A stretch of 64,000 bases of DNA from the human T2T-CHM13v2.0 reference genome, Homo sapiens, in assembly GCF_009914755.1 (NCBI RefSeq), contig NC_060927.1; one strand, given 5' to 3'. The position numbers were made by a program, and so were the translations under genes. Positions within the stretch are counted from its first letter, which is position 1; the number at the start of each line of letters is the position of its first letter. The notes beneath the pieces are model-generated. The model was not told the DNA's origin. It was given only the letters and a program-made list of their open reading frames with translations, and did no database searches. Shown here piece after piece: positions 1-17,637 of this stretch.

Positions 1-223
<223 letters not shown>

Positions 224-251
224 TTAGGTTAGCATTGACTGGATTATTCTT

Positions 252-1257
252 TCTTTAAAATTATTATTATACTTTAAGTTCTAGGGTACACAACATGCAG
301 GTTTGTTACACAGGTATACATGTGCCATGTTTGCTTACTGAACCCATCGACTCATCATTTACATTAGGTATATCTCCTAATGCTATCCCTCCCCCAGTCC
401 CCCAGCCCCCGACAGGCCCCGGTGTGTGACGTTCCCCACCCTGTGTCCATGTGTTCTCATTGTTCAATTCCCACCTATGAGTAAGAATATGTGGTGTTTG
501 GTTTTCTGTTCTTGTGATAGTTTACTGAGAATGATGGTTTCCAGCTTCATCCATGTCCCTTGCAAAGGACATGAACTCATCCTTTTTTATGGCTATATAG
601 TGTTCCATGGTGTATGTGTGCCATATTTTCTTTATCCAGTCTATGACTGATGGACATTTGGGTTGGTTCCAAGTCTTTGCTATTGTGAATAGTGCCGCAA
701 TAAACATATGTGTCCATGTGTCTTTATAGGAGCATGATTTATAATCCTTTGGGTATACACCCCGTAATGGGATTGCTGGGTCAAATGGTATTTCTAGTTC
801 TAGATCCTTAAGGAATTGCCACACTGTCTTCCACAAATAGTTGAACTAATTTGCATTCCCACCAACAGTGTAAAAGCCTTCCTATTTCTCCACATCCTCT
901 CCAGCATCTGTTGTTTCCTGACTTTTTTTTTTCTCATTCTAAGTGGCATGAGATGGTATCTCACTGTGGTTTTGATTTGCATTTCTCTAATGACCAGCGA
1001 TGATGAGCATTCTTTCATGTGTCTGTTGGCTACATAAACGTCTTCTTTTGAGAAGTGTCTGTTCATATCCTTTGCCCACTTTTTGATGGGGTTGTTTGTT
1101 TTTTTCTTGTAAATTTGTTTAAGTTCTTTGTAGATTCTGGAAATTAGCCCTCTGTCAGATGGGTAGATTGCAAATTTTTTTTTCCATTCTGTAGGTTGCC
1201 TGTTCACTCTGATGATAGTTTCTTTTGCTGTGCAGAAGCTCTTTAGTTTGATTAGAA
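252..1257 (-). mobile_element. 5'-truncated L1PA (L1PA6/7-like), ORF2 C-terminus plus 3'UTR
   Basis: ORF2 peptides (EIPFDPAIPL, FIAALFTIAKTWNQPKCPS); exact 14-bp TSD ACTGGATTATTCTT at 238-251 and 1258-1271; TT/AAGA endonuclease-type site on the minus strand. Confidence 0.95.
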
Positions 1258-1271
1258 ACTGGATTATTCTT

Positions 1272-1530
1272 AAATGTTAAAGGTATGAGATTGTTTTTGT
1301 GGAAAAACAGTCCTTATCTTTTGAGGATACACACTGAAATATTTTCAGAAAAATAATGTGATATCTGAGATGTGCTTCAAAATAATAAGGAGGGGAGAAA
1401 TAGGGTACTAATATAGCACAGTTGGCCATGAGTTGATAATTGTTGAAACCTGCATGCTGGATACAGGAATGATAATCATACATTTTGCCTTTGTTTATGT
1501 TTGTATTTTCTCACAACACAAAGTTAAAAC
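1272..1530 (+). mobile_element. Ancient L1M (L1MC/ME-like) 3' end fragment, interrupted by the L1PA
   Basis: gatacacactgaaatatttt...tgtgcttcaaaataat resembles old L1M 3'UTRs. Confidence 0.6.
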
Positions 1531-1554
1531 CAACAAACAGAAAAGCAAAACCTT

Positions 1555-1856
1555 TTCTTTTCTTTTATTTTTGAGACAGGATCACTCTGTCACCCAGGCT
1601 GGAGTGCAGTGGCTCAATCATGGCTCACTATAGCTTTGACCTCCTAGGTTCACTGATCCTCCCATCTCAGGATCCTGAGTAGCTGGGACTATAGGCATGT
1701 ACCACCACACCCAGCTAATTTTTTATTTTTATTTTTTTGTAGAGTCAGGGTCTCACCATGTTGCCCAGGCTGATCTTGAACTCCTGGGCTCAAGCCATCT
1801 GCCCACCTTCTCTTACCAAAGTGCTGGGATTACAGGCTTGAGCCACTGTGCCCGGC
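1555..1856 (-). mobile_element. AluJ-like SINE
   Basis: Reverse Alu dimer (tcacccaggctggagtgcagtgg...gagccactgtgcccggc) with J-type ctcctgggctcaagc. Confidence 0.9.
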
Positions 1857-2379
1857 TAGAAGTCTTTTAAAAAATAAAACCTTAATTAGAATCCCCGCCT
1901 TCTAGGCAAAGCAAAAGTTAGAAAGCCAGAACATGCTTATTTGTCTCCATCTCTCTCCCCCAGAGGTCCCACTGTATTTTCTAAGGCACTGGTAAGATGG
2001 AAAAAGAATGGGCTTTGGAGCCAATGAGAAGTGGAGGTACTGTTTGGGTCTGCAATTTGACATGTCACTTTGGTTCTCCAAGCTCAACTTTTCCATCTCT
2101 GGAAGGAAGCTAATAAAGCTAGGAAATACTTCACCAAGAAGCACTTGTGACTTATTAAGAGAGCTAGCATTTGAGCGGTAACTGGCATGATTTGGACCCA
2201 AATCCATCTGCCTCTTAAAATCCATGCTCACAACTACTACATCACACAGTCTTCTAGAGTGGCACCTCACTGTTTGTGAATTGGCTATGGAGATTCACAG
2301 CCAGTAGAGACCTAGGTTCAAAAAAAATTGTTTCGCTCACTGTAGGCAGTGAAACCTGTGGTTCCCCAAATCAAGCTTC

Positions 2380-2530
2380 CCTTGTTTCAATCCCTGCTCT
2401 CCCATTACCAGCTACATGACTGTGAGCAAGTCACCTGACCTTGTCAAGCCTCCATTTTTAAATCTGTAACATGGGTTAATAAAAGAATGTGCCTAGGGTT
2501 TTTTGTGAGAAATAAATGACATAATCACAA
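2380..2530 (+). mobile_element. MIR fragment
   Basis: MIR core-like tgactgtgagcaagtcac...aaatctgtaacatggg...ttgtgagaaataaatga. Confidence 0.65.
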
Positions 2531-3199
2531 CCATAGTGTCTCAGCTCTTCTCAATCCTAGTATATACCTCCCAACTCCAGAAGAAGAATATGACTAGTCT
2601 GTCCAAGCACCACATTCTCCTGATCATGACTCGTTTAGGTACGGGTACAGAATCCATGCTAGGTAAATGGGATCCTAGCAGGGGACCTTCTGCTGCAAAT
2701 ACTAAAAAGGAGGGTGCTCTTTCCTTTTGGACACTGAAGAAATAGGAGTCAGCCAGGAACTGTTGACCAATGTGGAAAAACGCAGAGCCAAGGGATACAC
2801 TCACCTGGGCCTGAAGCTACCCTGAAAAGTTTCAGTCACACCAGCAAATAAATTCTTCTGTTGGTGTAAGCCATTCTGAACTGATTAACAGAGTTTTTGA
2901 CAAAGAGCAAATGTGCAATAAATGTTAGCTATCACTTGAAACATGAAAACAGATCAAATTTTTCCTGCTACCTTACATTCTGTTGCTTTGCTTGGGTTAT
3001 TTCTTTTTATTTAAAGTTTTTTTTTAAATTACAGGTCATTTCAGATATATGCAAAAGCAGAGAAAAAAAGTATCACGGATCCTCATGAACTCCCAACAAT
3101 CATCAATTCATGAATAGTCTTGTTCGGACTATGTCCCTCCTACTTATTTCCTTTTTCCCTTTTCATTTATATTTTTCAGATCCTTTTATAGTGTTTTCT

Positions 3200-3760
3200 T
3201 GTGTAGTAGACACTGTTGGTGGCCTACCCATCACTCATTTCCCAAATATTCCACTCAGTGATGTTTATTTCTTAAGCTCTCTCATGCAGCCAGAGATATG
3301 GACCTGTTTGTATTTAAATCCCAGAGATGGACCTGTTTGGTCTAGGGGTAATTTCATTCCCCTGGTCAGTAACAGGGTCAGAAATGCAATAAATATTGGG
3401 TGTTGAAACATGAAAGGGACACTACTGGGGAAGGGAGATACTTATGGACAATTTTCTGCTCTTAAGGAGCAGCCACAAAAAATTGTCTCTCTTTTTCCTT
3501 TGACTGCTATCCTGTCTGGATGTGATGCTCAGAACTGGAGCAGCTATATTTGCTACTAGTCTGAAGATGAAGCTATTACCAAAGATGACAGAGGACAGGG
3601 GGAATGAAGCTGAGACCTTAATAATATTATTGAGCGACTGAATCAAGCAAGTCGAGGGACTGCTCCACCTCTGGACTTGCTGTTCTGAGAGTTAAAAATC
3701 TGCTTCATTGTGTAAATATGTTTGAGTCCAGGTATCTGTTAATTGCTGCTGAAAATAACC
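3200..3760 (+). mobile_element. Old ERVL-type LTR (LTR33/LTR16-like)
   Basis: gatgtgatgctcagaactggagcagctatatttg motif and an LTR-like 3' end; degenerate. Confidence 0.5.
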
Positions 3761-6305
3761 AACTTTGCCATCAATACAGACCTATGGCCTGTATAGTCCG
3801 AGCTTCAAAAGCTGAGTAAGGAATCATACTGGGATGATGTAACAAAGACACCCTAAAATACAGTGACTTCAACCAGAGATAAATTGATTTCTTTCTCATG
3901 TTAAGAGTTTGCAGAGGTGTTCCTACCAAATCCCTTTAAAAATAAAACCCATAAATTAATCTCACACATCTCACTTAGTGACATGGCTGCAACCAATTGC
4001 AAGGGAGGCTCGGGGATGTAGTTGTTATTCTGGGTGGCCATTTGCCGGTTCTATTACTACAAGGAAAAGGTAGAAATAAATATTGTAACATAGCTACAGT
4101 GGTCATGAGGCGTCATCAGAATGCAGTATAGGAAGTCTCAGCTAGAGAAGAAGCAGAGAGGGTTAATTTGATTTGGTTCAACTGACTCTTTAATTAAAAC
4201 AACTCAGAAATGTAAGCAAAATTCAAAAGAAATGTTCTTAAGTGCCTCCCTACATGACTTAGCAGAACGTATTTACTTAGATATAGGTAAAACTACACAT
4301 CCCTTTCATCTCTTCTTTTTAGGTGAATCCCAGAAGGATCTCAGCAATCAGCAATACTTTGTTGGCCCAGTTTATTACCTTGTGTATGTGAAATAACTGA
4401 ACTTCATTGATTTTCCTTGATTTCAAATCTCTTTTCCTCAGTTAAACTGCATGAGAGTGGTTCAATTATATTTTGCTCACTGGTCACCAGAATCCCATAG
4501 CAAGCCCCTACTCCACAAGATTATTATTAATCACAGTAATTCAATTTATGGAAAATTAAAGACAGACAAATAGAGAAAAATGATAGTGCTAAGAGCACAG
4601 TATTCTACAGCCCAGCTGAAATGGCTGTTGATAAAGGTTTTATATAGTTAAGATACAAGCGAGACTTTGATTTAGCGGCAGCAGGTTTTAAATGATGCAT
4701 GAGAAGCCACCAAAGCAAATCCCTTTCTCTATGGTCCCCTCAGGGTCAAGTACCTTGTTTCAATTATAATTTCACCAAATTGCTGTGTTGCAGCGAATGT
4801 TTCAGATTAACAGCAGTATAGCACAGTTCTCTGTGGGACAGAATCAGAAAATCTAGTTCAGAGGTTTGTTGAAATACACCCCAAGACACCCAGATGCAAA
4901 ACACATTAGAGACTCCAAGATGATGGGAATATTTTGGATCGGTATTCTCCAAAGAGATTACTTTTGCAGAAAACAAGTTTATTATTTATGGTGGTAAATA
5001 AGATTTCTCAGTGCAGCCAAAGAGGTTTCTTGCAATTACATTGAGAAGGCACCACAGTGCAGTCCATTATGGAAATCATATTTACATTAATAGAGAAAGC
5101 TTTTGTTTTGCCAAAATGTGTATTTCTTTTTAAAGCATACTCATGATGAGTTTGGAAGGGGATACTAAAACGTTTGGTTTGTCTTTTCATTCCAAATGAC
5201 TCTATTCCTTGGAGAAGCATTTTGTATAGTAAAACACCATTTTGCAAGTTCTACTTCAAATTACCAGTCCAGTTTTTTTTAATTTAATGCTTTATTTGAG
5301 AAGAAATAATTTCAATTCTAGGTGGTCTTTGGTATGTCCAAAGAACAAAGAGAAGTATGTCCAAAGAACAAAGAGGGTTTTATTTAGAAAGAAGAAAGTT
5401 ACTTGTGGTCTTCAGAGAAAGTTCATTGGTATTAGTAAAGCTCTGGGGAGCTGGTAAGCTCCAATTGGTGGGCAATGGCCATAGGTAAATTAGTCCTAGA
5501 GTTGCAACAAGTTATCTCTGCAGCTGTAGACAAAACTGGTCTCAGGCTACAGCAAGCAGTTTCAGTAACCAGGCTCAAAGAGAACTACATTCCTAGGGCA
5601 ATGTTAAGTGTCCTAAGTACTTTTTCCCCCTAGCTTTTCGAATCTGTTTTATTTGGGCATGACAAGATCTACCCAATTCATATGATCAATTTGCACAATT
5701 ATAATAAGAGAATCAACATTTTATGTAAGCACTTAGGCTAAATAAGTAGTAGTAAAACCATCCCACATGGCCGACAGGCTTGAAACAATAGAATTTAGTC
5801 AAATAATGATTAACTGCATCAGAAATACTGTCCACCTAGGTAGTTTCCTAAGTGATTTTTGCCAACACTCTAATTCTACACGCAGTAAACACAAACTGTA
5901 AATGTTAAGAAATTGCCCATGGCATAAGAGTTATCTTCCAAACTTCTCATATGTTAAGGCTACTTTTTTTCTAATCATTTGAAGTTACAGAGAAGGTAAG
6001 ATTCTTTCAAGGGGTTTGGTGAGTTTTTTTCAAAGTTTAATTCCTTAGATAATATCTTTGTAATCAAATAGACCGGGCTAAGTCCCAGCCTCATTCCTTG
6101 TCAACTGGATAACTTCAGAAAAGTGTTTTAACTTCTTCAAATGCTAGTTTCTTCCACTATAACATGAGGATAGTAAACACTGATCATGAAGGGTGATCAT
6201 AAGGATTAATGAGATAAGGTGTGTAAAGATAGCCTCACTCATGGCAACGGTCACTGCTCAGCAAGAGAATGTAGCCCTTATCACTATATTGCTGAGATTT
6301 TATTA

Positions 6306-7282
<977 letters not shown>

Positions 7283-7469
7283 TTAATCACTAAAAAGGCC
7301 AAACGGAAGACCAGCCAGTACAACCAGTTGTAGTTACAACTGTTCTTTCAAAGCTTTGGATTCCTTGACATTCAAAACTGATGCCCTTTGGATGTTTCCA
7401 CTTCTGGCCAATGCACCAAAATGTTACAGTTTTGCCAATGCACCACAATGTAGCAGTGTCTCATAGCCA

Positions 7470-7620
7470 ATAGCCGGAGATATCACCCAGAAGTTCTCTG
7501 TTTCACTACCAAGAAAGTTAAGGAGTGTGGACACCAAGGGTGAGGTTGGAGCGAAAGTTTAATAAGCAAAAGAAGAAAGCTCTCCGCTGCAGAGAGGGGA
7601 CCCGGAAGAGGGGTTGCCAC
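7470..7620 (-). mobile_element. ERV1-class LTR 3'-end fragment
   Basis: ggacaccaagggtgaggttggagcgaaagtttaataagcaaaagaagaaagctctccgc resembles ERV1 LTR R/U5 on the reverse strand; exact family uncertain. Confidence 0.5.
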
Positions 7621-10279
7621 CAGTCCAGTGTTAAGAGGACATCCCATGGGGACTTGCCATGGGTCAAATGTTCAAGTATTACCATATTGGTCATATTGGG
7701 AGTAGAGGGCTCCAAAGGACCAGAAGTTTTATCCATAGTGATGGCTGTAGTAGCATATCCAAGGCTTCAAGTGAGTCTTTCTTTTTTTTTTTTCTTTTTT
7801 TTTTTTTTTGGCTTAGGGGGTGGAATCTTATTTTTGACTAATTCCCTCTGGGCATTATTTCTAAAGGAGAGAAATTTAAGATCTAACTTCCATATAGGGG
7901 GGTTATGCTCATTAATCCCACTCCTTATGATTGTAAATTGAAGAGAAAGGATGTTCCCCAAAGGAATGAAGGTTGGAGGAAAACCTTTAGCCCTTCTTTT
8001 CAGAAGTAATTTATCTGACAAGGATGGCAGAAGACCAATTATTGGCATCTGCTTTCTTTGGCCTTCTCTCTTCCTATACTCCATACCTCCAGCAAGCACT
8101 TATGTATTCTTGGGCTTGACAAGGGTGAGGTCAGGTGCAATCTTCTATCCAGCTGATGGCTCTGTCCACTCTACCAAGTCAACTCTTCCCAAGTTTAGGC
8201 TCCAAAGTCCAGTTACAGGGTTAGAATAAATAAAGGCCAATTCGATTTCCAGTCTAAACTGCATTCTACAATTTGGCTTCATTGGCAATGCAGCACGTAT
8301 CTGAATCTCCATCTCACTCCTCATTCTGAACTTGGAGATTTGATTGTCTCCCACAAAGCCCAGACCTCATATGGTTTTCATATAGCCATCTTGCATTTGA
8401 CCCTAATTTACCTCTCCAGCCATATCAATCTCTCTTTTAATCATCCAAGTATATATACTTTTATTTTCCCAACATCCTTAGGTTTTTGTGTCCATTGAAG
8501 ATTTAATTGGTGGCTTATAATCCATCCATGTGGGCATTCACAATGATTTTTAATAATGAGTTTAATACAACTAATATAATTTATGAAACTCTGTCGTTGC
8601 TGAATATGACATAAAAATTTAGGTGAAAAGCAAAGTAGCTTTGGGCAAGGGGTTGAAGAAGTGACCCTACACAAGGTTAAGTCAATAAGGAGAAAACCCA
8701 GTAAATCCAACAAGAGAAGGCTGCTTCTACTAGTCCCACTTCTAACAAATGTTATTGATCTTTCAAGGGTTTGCGCTTAGGCTGCCCAGGCTTCTCCCAT
8801 CCCAGCCGTATCCCATCCTGCCATGTAACTTGTCTTCTCCCTCTTTTCCAACCTTCCCTACACAATACAAAAATTAGAGATGCCCTACCGTCATCCAAGT
8901 TCTCTTCTAAACTGCAAATGCCCAAGGGATGGTAAAGCCCATCAGTGATTTATGCAATGGTCTGAATTACTTGCTCTCCTCTATTTTCTCATCTTCAGCC
9001 TGGTCTTAGCTCATGTATTGCTACAGAATCTTGAATACATGTGACAGAAACCTGTTTTAGCAAACCAAAGTTAATAAGAAAGAAAGGAAGAAAGAAATGT
9101 ATTTGAAAGGCTTTAGATAGCTCCCAGAATTAAAGGCAGAGTGAACAATACAATTCTGGTAGAGTAGGAACCAGGGTATATCTGGGGAAACTCAGCAGCA
9201 TGAAGTTGCAAATGGTCATTCCAAAACTACCATCTGATGACGCTGAGTTAAGTTCCTGAGTATTGCTGCTCACTTCCTCATATTATTGTTCTAGTGTGTG
9301 TTCCAAGGGGAATTGGGGATGGTTCTGTGACTGACAGTTTATTAAAATCCCCAGCCCAAAGGAAGGAAAGCCAGGGAAACAGTGGAGTTCCTGGTAGTTC
9401 ATCTATGAGCATTTCTGCCCCAAAAGCTACAAGTCTAAATGCTTCATATATTATTACAACAGCAAATGTTGAACACTGCAAAAACCAAAGAATTACAATT
9501 AGAAGATATGTTCCAATACCTTGATTGCTTTAAACACTGGAGCATTGCTGCCGATCTTGTGTGCTATTACTCATCCATTCAGTCACCATTTAGGTATACT
9601 AAGCACATGCCACACAAGGGGCAAGAGTGAACAAGATAGACAGGGTTCCTGCCTTCATAGAGACTACTGTCTGATGTGGAAGACGGACTGTTTAACAACC
9701 CCTTAAACCAGGGATAAAATGCTATCAAAGGGGAAAGAGAGGATGCTAGGAAAGCCTATAGACAGAGCAATTCATGTGGTCCAGGAATTCTAAAGGCTTT
9801 GGGAAGAAGCGGCTTTCAAGCTTAGACCAAAAGAATGTGTTTGAGGGAAAAAGGAAATGTCTTGCTGTTGGTTCCCAAATTACACAATACATAGCAACGT
9901 GACCTCGGGTGTGTGCCCTTACCTCTTAGGGCCACAGTTCTTAATCTACAAAACAGGGCCAGGTTATTACTTACCTCACTAGTGCTGTTGTGAGGATCAC
10001 AGTCTGAGGTGTCATAAGCTAATTTCCTGACCTGTGTTTCTATTTTTTCTTTTTCTTTTTTTTCTTTTATTATTATTATACTTTAAGTTTTAGGGTACAT
10101 GTGCGAAATGTGCAGGTTAGTTACATAGGTATACGTGTGCCATGCTGCTGTGCTGCACCCATTAACTCGTCATTTAGCATTAGGTATATCTCCTAATGCT
10201 ATCCCTCCCCCTTCCCCCCACCCCACAACAGTCCCCAGAGTGTAACGTTCCCCTTCCGGTGTCCATGTGTTCTCACTGT

Positions 10280-14103
<3,824 letters not shown>

Positions 14104-14166
14104 TATGATGTTAGCTGGTTATTTTGTTCGTTAGTTGATGCAGTTTCTTCCTAGCCTCGATGGTCT

Positions 14167-15183
14167 TTACAATTTGGCATGATTTTGCAGTGGCTGGTAC
14201 CGGTTGTTCCTTTCCATGTTTAGTGTTTCCTTCAGGAGCTCTTTTAGGGCAGGCCTGGTGGTGACAAAATCTCTCAGCATTTGCTTGTCTGTAAAGGATT
14301 TTATTTCTCCTTCACTTATGAAGCTTAGTTTGGCTAGATATGAAATTCTGGGTTGAAAATTCTTTTCTTTAATAATGTTGAATATTGGCCCCCACTCTCT
14401 TCTGGCTTGTAGAGTTTCTGCCAAGAGATCCCCTATTAGTCTGATGGGCTTCCCTTTGTGGGTAACCCAACCTTTCTCTCTGGCTGCCCTTAACATTTTT
14501 TCCTTCATTTCAACTTTGGTGACTCTGACAATTATGTGTCTTGGAGTTGCTCTTCTCAAAGAGTATTTTTGTGGTGTTCTCTGTATTTCCTGAATCTGAA
14601 TGTTGGCCTGCCTTGCTAGATTGGGGAAGTTCTCCTGGATAATATCTTGCAGATTGTTTTCCAACTTGGTTCCATTCACCCCGTTACTTTCAGGTACAGC
14701 AATCTGACGTAGATTTGGTCTTTTCACATAGTCCCATATTTCTTGGAGGCTTTGTTCGTTTCTTTTTATTCTTTTTTCTCTAAACTTCCCTTCTCGCTTC
14801 ATTTCATTCATTTCATCTTCCATCACTGATACCCTTTCTTCCAGTTGATTGCATCTGCTCCTGAGGCTTCTGCATTCTTCAAGTAGTTCTCGAGCCTTGG
14901 CTTTCAGGTCCATCAGCTCCTTTAAGCACTTCTCTGTATTGGTTATTCTAGTTATACATTCGTCTAAATTTTTTTCAAAGTTTTTAACTTCTTTGCCTTT
15001 GGTTTGAATTTCCTCCTGTAGCTCGGAGTAGTTTGATCGTCTGAAGCCTTCTTCTCTCAACTTGTCAAAGTCATTCTCCATCCAGCTTTGTTCCATTGCT
15101 GGTGAGGAACTGCATTCCTTTGGAGGAGGAGAGGCGCTCTGCTTTTTAGAGTTTCCAGTTTTTCTGCTCTGTTTTTTCCCCAT
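14167..15183 (-). CDS. ORF1: L1 ORF1p, full-length 338 aa (coiled coil, RRM, CTD nucleic-acid chaperone)
   Basis: MGKKQSRKTGNSK...REKG...QARREW...QNHAKL, uninterrupted and canonical length; expression unknown. Confidence 0.9.
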   Translation of the reverse strand: MGKKQSRKTGNSKKQSASPPPKECSSSPAMEQSWMENDFDKLREEGFRRSNYSELQEEIQTKGKEVKNFEKNLDECITRITNTEKCLKELMDLKAKARELLEECRSLRSRCNQLEERVSVMEDEMNEMKREGKFREKRIKRNEQSLQEIWDYVKRPNLRQIAVPESNGVNGTKLENNLQDIIQENFPNLARQANIQIQEIQRTPQKYSLRRATPRHIIVRVTKVEMKEKMLRAAREKGWVTHKGKPIRLIGDLLAETLQARREWGPIFNIIKEKNFQPRISYLAKLSFISEGEIKSFTDKQMLRDFVTTRPALKELLKETLNMERNNRYQPLQNHAKL

Positions 15184-16220
15184 CTTTGTGGTTTTATCTA
15201 CTTTTGGTCTTTGAAGATGGTGATGTTCAGATGGGTTTTTGGTGTGGATGTCCTTTCTGTTTGTTAGTTTTCCTTCTAACAGACAGGACCCTCAGCTGCC
15301 AGTCTGTTGGAGTTTGCCAGAGGTCCACTCCGGACGCTGTTTGCCTGGGTATCCGCAGTGGTGGCTGCAGAACAGCGGATTTTCGTGAACCGTGAAAGCT
15401 GCTGTCTGATCGTTCCTCTGGAAGTTTTGTCTCAGAGGAATACCCGGCCGTGTGAGGTGTCAGTCTGCCCCTACTGGGAGGCGCCTCCCAGTTAGGCTGC
15501 TCAGGGGTCAGGGGTCAGGGACCCACTTGAGGAGGCAGTCTGCCCGTTCTCAGATCTCCAGCTGCGTGCTGGGAGAACCACTGCTCTCTTCAAAGCTGTC
15601 AGACAGGGACATTTAAGTCTGCAGAGGTTACTGCTGTCTTTTTGTTTGTCTCTGCCCTGCCCCCAGAGGTGGAGCCTACAGAGGCAGGCAGACCTCCTTG
15701 AGCTGTGGTGGGCTCCACCCAGTTCGAGCTTCCTGGCTTATTTGTTTACCTAAGCAAGCCTGGGCAATGGCGGGCGCCCCTCCCCCAGCCTCTCTGCCGC
15801 CTTGCAGTTTGATCTCAGACTGCTGTGCTAGCAATCAGCGAGACTCCGTGGGCTTAGGACCCTCCGAGCCATGTGCGGGATATAATCTCCTGGTGCGCCG
15901 TTTTTTAAGCCCGTCGGAAAAGCCCAGTGTTAGGGTAGGAGTGACCTGATTTTCCAGGTGCTGTCTGTCACCCCTTTCTTTGACTAGGAAAGGGAACTCC
16001 CTGATCCCTTGCACTTCCCGAGTGAGGTAATGCCTCGCCCTGCTTCAGCTTGCGCACGGTGTGCTGCACCCACTGTCCTGCGCCCACTGTCTGGCACTCC
16101 CTAGTGAGATGAACCTGGTACCTCAGATGGAAATGCAGAAATCACCTGTCTTCTGTGTCGCTCACGCTGGGAGCTGTAGACCGGAGCTGTTCCTATTCGG
16201 CCATCTTGGCACACTCCTCT
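15184..16220 (-). promoter_or_regulatory. L1 5'UTR internal sense promoter and antisense promoter
   Basis: YY1 site CAAGATGGCC intact at ~16200-16209; partly retained CpG-rich sequence. Confidence 0.8.
15767..15949 (+). pseudogene. ORF0: L1 antisense ORF0, truncated at 60 aa
   Basis: MAGAPPPASLPPCSLISDCCASNQRDSVG... in a strong Kozak context (gcaATGg); ends at TGA where younger L1s read CGA. Confidence 0.8.
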
Positions 16221-16289
16221 TATATTTTTTCTTTGCTCATGATAGTGTTGGTTACTGAATGAGACTCAATCATATAATGATCATTTGTT

Positions 16290-16800
16290 ACCTATCAGGA
16301 CTTTTTTGGTTATAGATGAATGAACCCCAGTATGAAAATCCCTCAGTAAAAAAGGGAAATTTAGAGAGGCTATTTTGATATTTCACGTAACAGTTAGGCA
16401 GTAAGAATGGCAGGGAGGAAGCAGGTCTTGGAAAGGAGGTACTCAGGGGCTCAAATGCAGCCAAGACACTTAACTCTTTCTGCCTGTCAACTTCAATTTC
16501 TGGCTCACTGACTTTTCCTATAAGGAGGAAAACTTGGCCATGGCAACTCTCAAGCTTCACCTTTCACAACTTCAGTCCCTGGAGAATGAAAATCTCAATC
16601 TTTAGGGCCCCACATTCAAGAATCTGATCCCAGAGAAGGGCTTCAGTTGACCTTGTTGGAGTCAGATACTCACCTCTGGATAAACTAGCAGTCAGCAGAA
16701 AAGAGGGTACTAGAGTATAAAACAGTGGCTCCTACAGCAACCAGCGAAATAAGGTTTAACAGAGCCATTCTCAAAAGAAGGAGACACAGGTAGAGCCAAG
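16290..16800. mobile_element. Degenerate MaLR/ERVL-type LTR
   Basis: atcaggacttttttggtt...aaccccag start and ggagtcagatactcacctctgga motif, typical of old MLT1 LTRs. Confidence 0.4.
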
Positions 16801-17621
16801 CAGAAAATCCCACAAATGTGGACTAGATCCTTTTTTTCTTTTTTAATGCAAGTTCCTTCTTTAAAATGATGCTAAAGCTGCAACTAATTGAATAAACAAA
16901 GCACACAAATTCTTTCAAAAGCTGAAATTCTGTTTGGGGACAAAAATCATCACCTGGGTTTCAGAAATCACTGAGCACACATTCATTAGCTTTGCTCATG
17001 CAAAAGTTTTCCTGCAGACCTGTAGTTCAATGCCCCAATCTAATTCCTTAGACTCTAGCTTTCTTTAAGGGGTAGGGAGTAGGGTGGGGGTAAAAGCTGT
17101 AGTGCAATAGAGTATTTAAAAAATAACCCTAAACAGGCATTGTTGCTGAGAGCTTCTCTGTGGCCCTAACTAAGAATATCACAGAACTTAGTAAACTAAG
17201 TTGGGAATTACGAGCCATGCCCTGGAGACCTCTGAAGTGTGTCTGCTCCCACACTTAATGATCAAAACCACACTCCCACAGGTGACTGTTTTGTGAAGAT
17301 GTCTAACAAGAAGTGAGAAAGAGGAGAAAAAGGGAAAGGAGGAAGAAAAGAGAGAGGGGGAATGGGGAGAAAAATGAAGGAGACAGGAAAATGACAGCAG
17401 TCTGACCTGCGCAATGCTCTAACATCTTCCTTAAAAGAGCATGTTTCATGTGAACACTTCAACCAGTGGAGATTTTTCTAGAAGCTTACTGATGCCAATT
17501 TCCTTTTAACTGAAGAATCAAATCTTTCACCAACTGTTCCTAAAATATATTAGAGGGGGCAGGAAGTACATCTTTCGTCCAGGGACTGTCAAAAGTATGG
17601 GGCTTGTGCCACTGCCTGAAA

Positions 17622-17637
17622 TGACCTCGGGTGACCC
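17622..17637 (-). promoter_or_regulatory. Candidate DR4 nuclear-receptor element
   Basis: GGGTCA-cccg-AGGTCA on the minus strand; motif only. Confidence 0.35.

Noticed and set aside
2798-2810. Perfect minus-strand donor CCAG|GTGAGT
   Set aside because: Isolated, within LTR-like sequence, with no convincing paired acceptor
5332-5375. 21-bp direct repeat GTATGTCCAAAGAACAAAGAG (similar small duplication near 3290-3340)
   Set aside because: Ordinary slippage duplications in old repeat-like DNA
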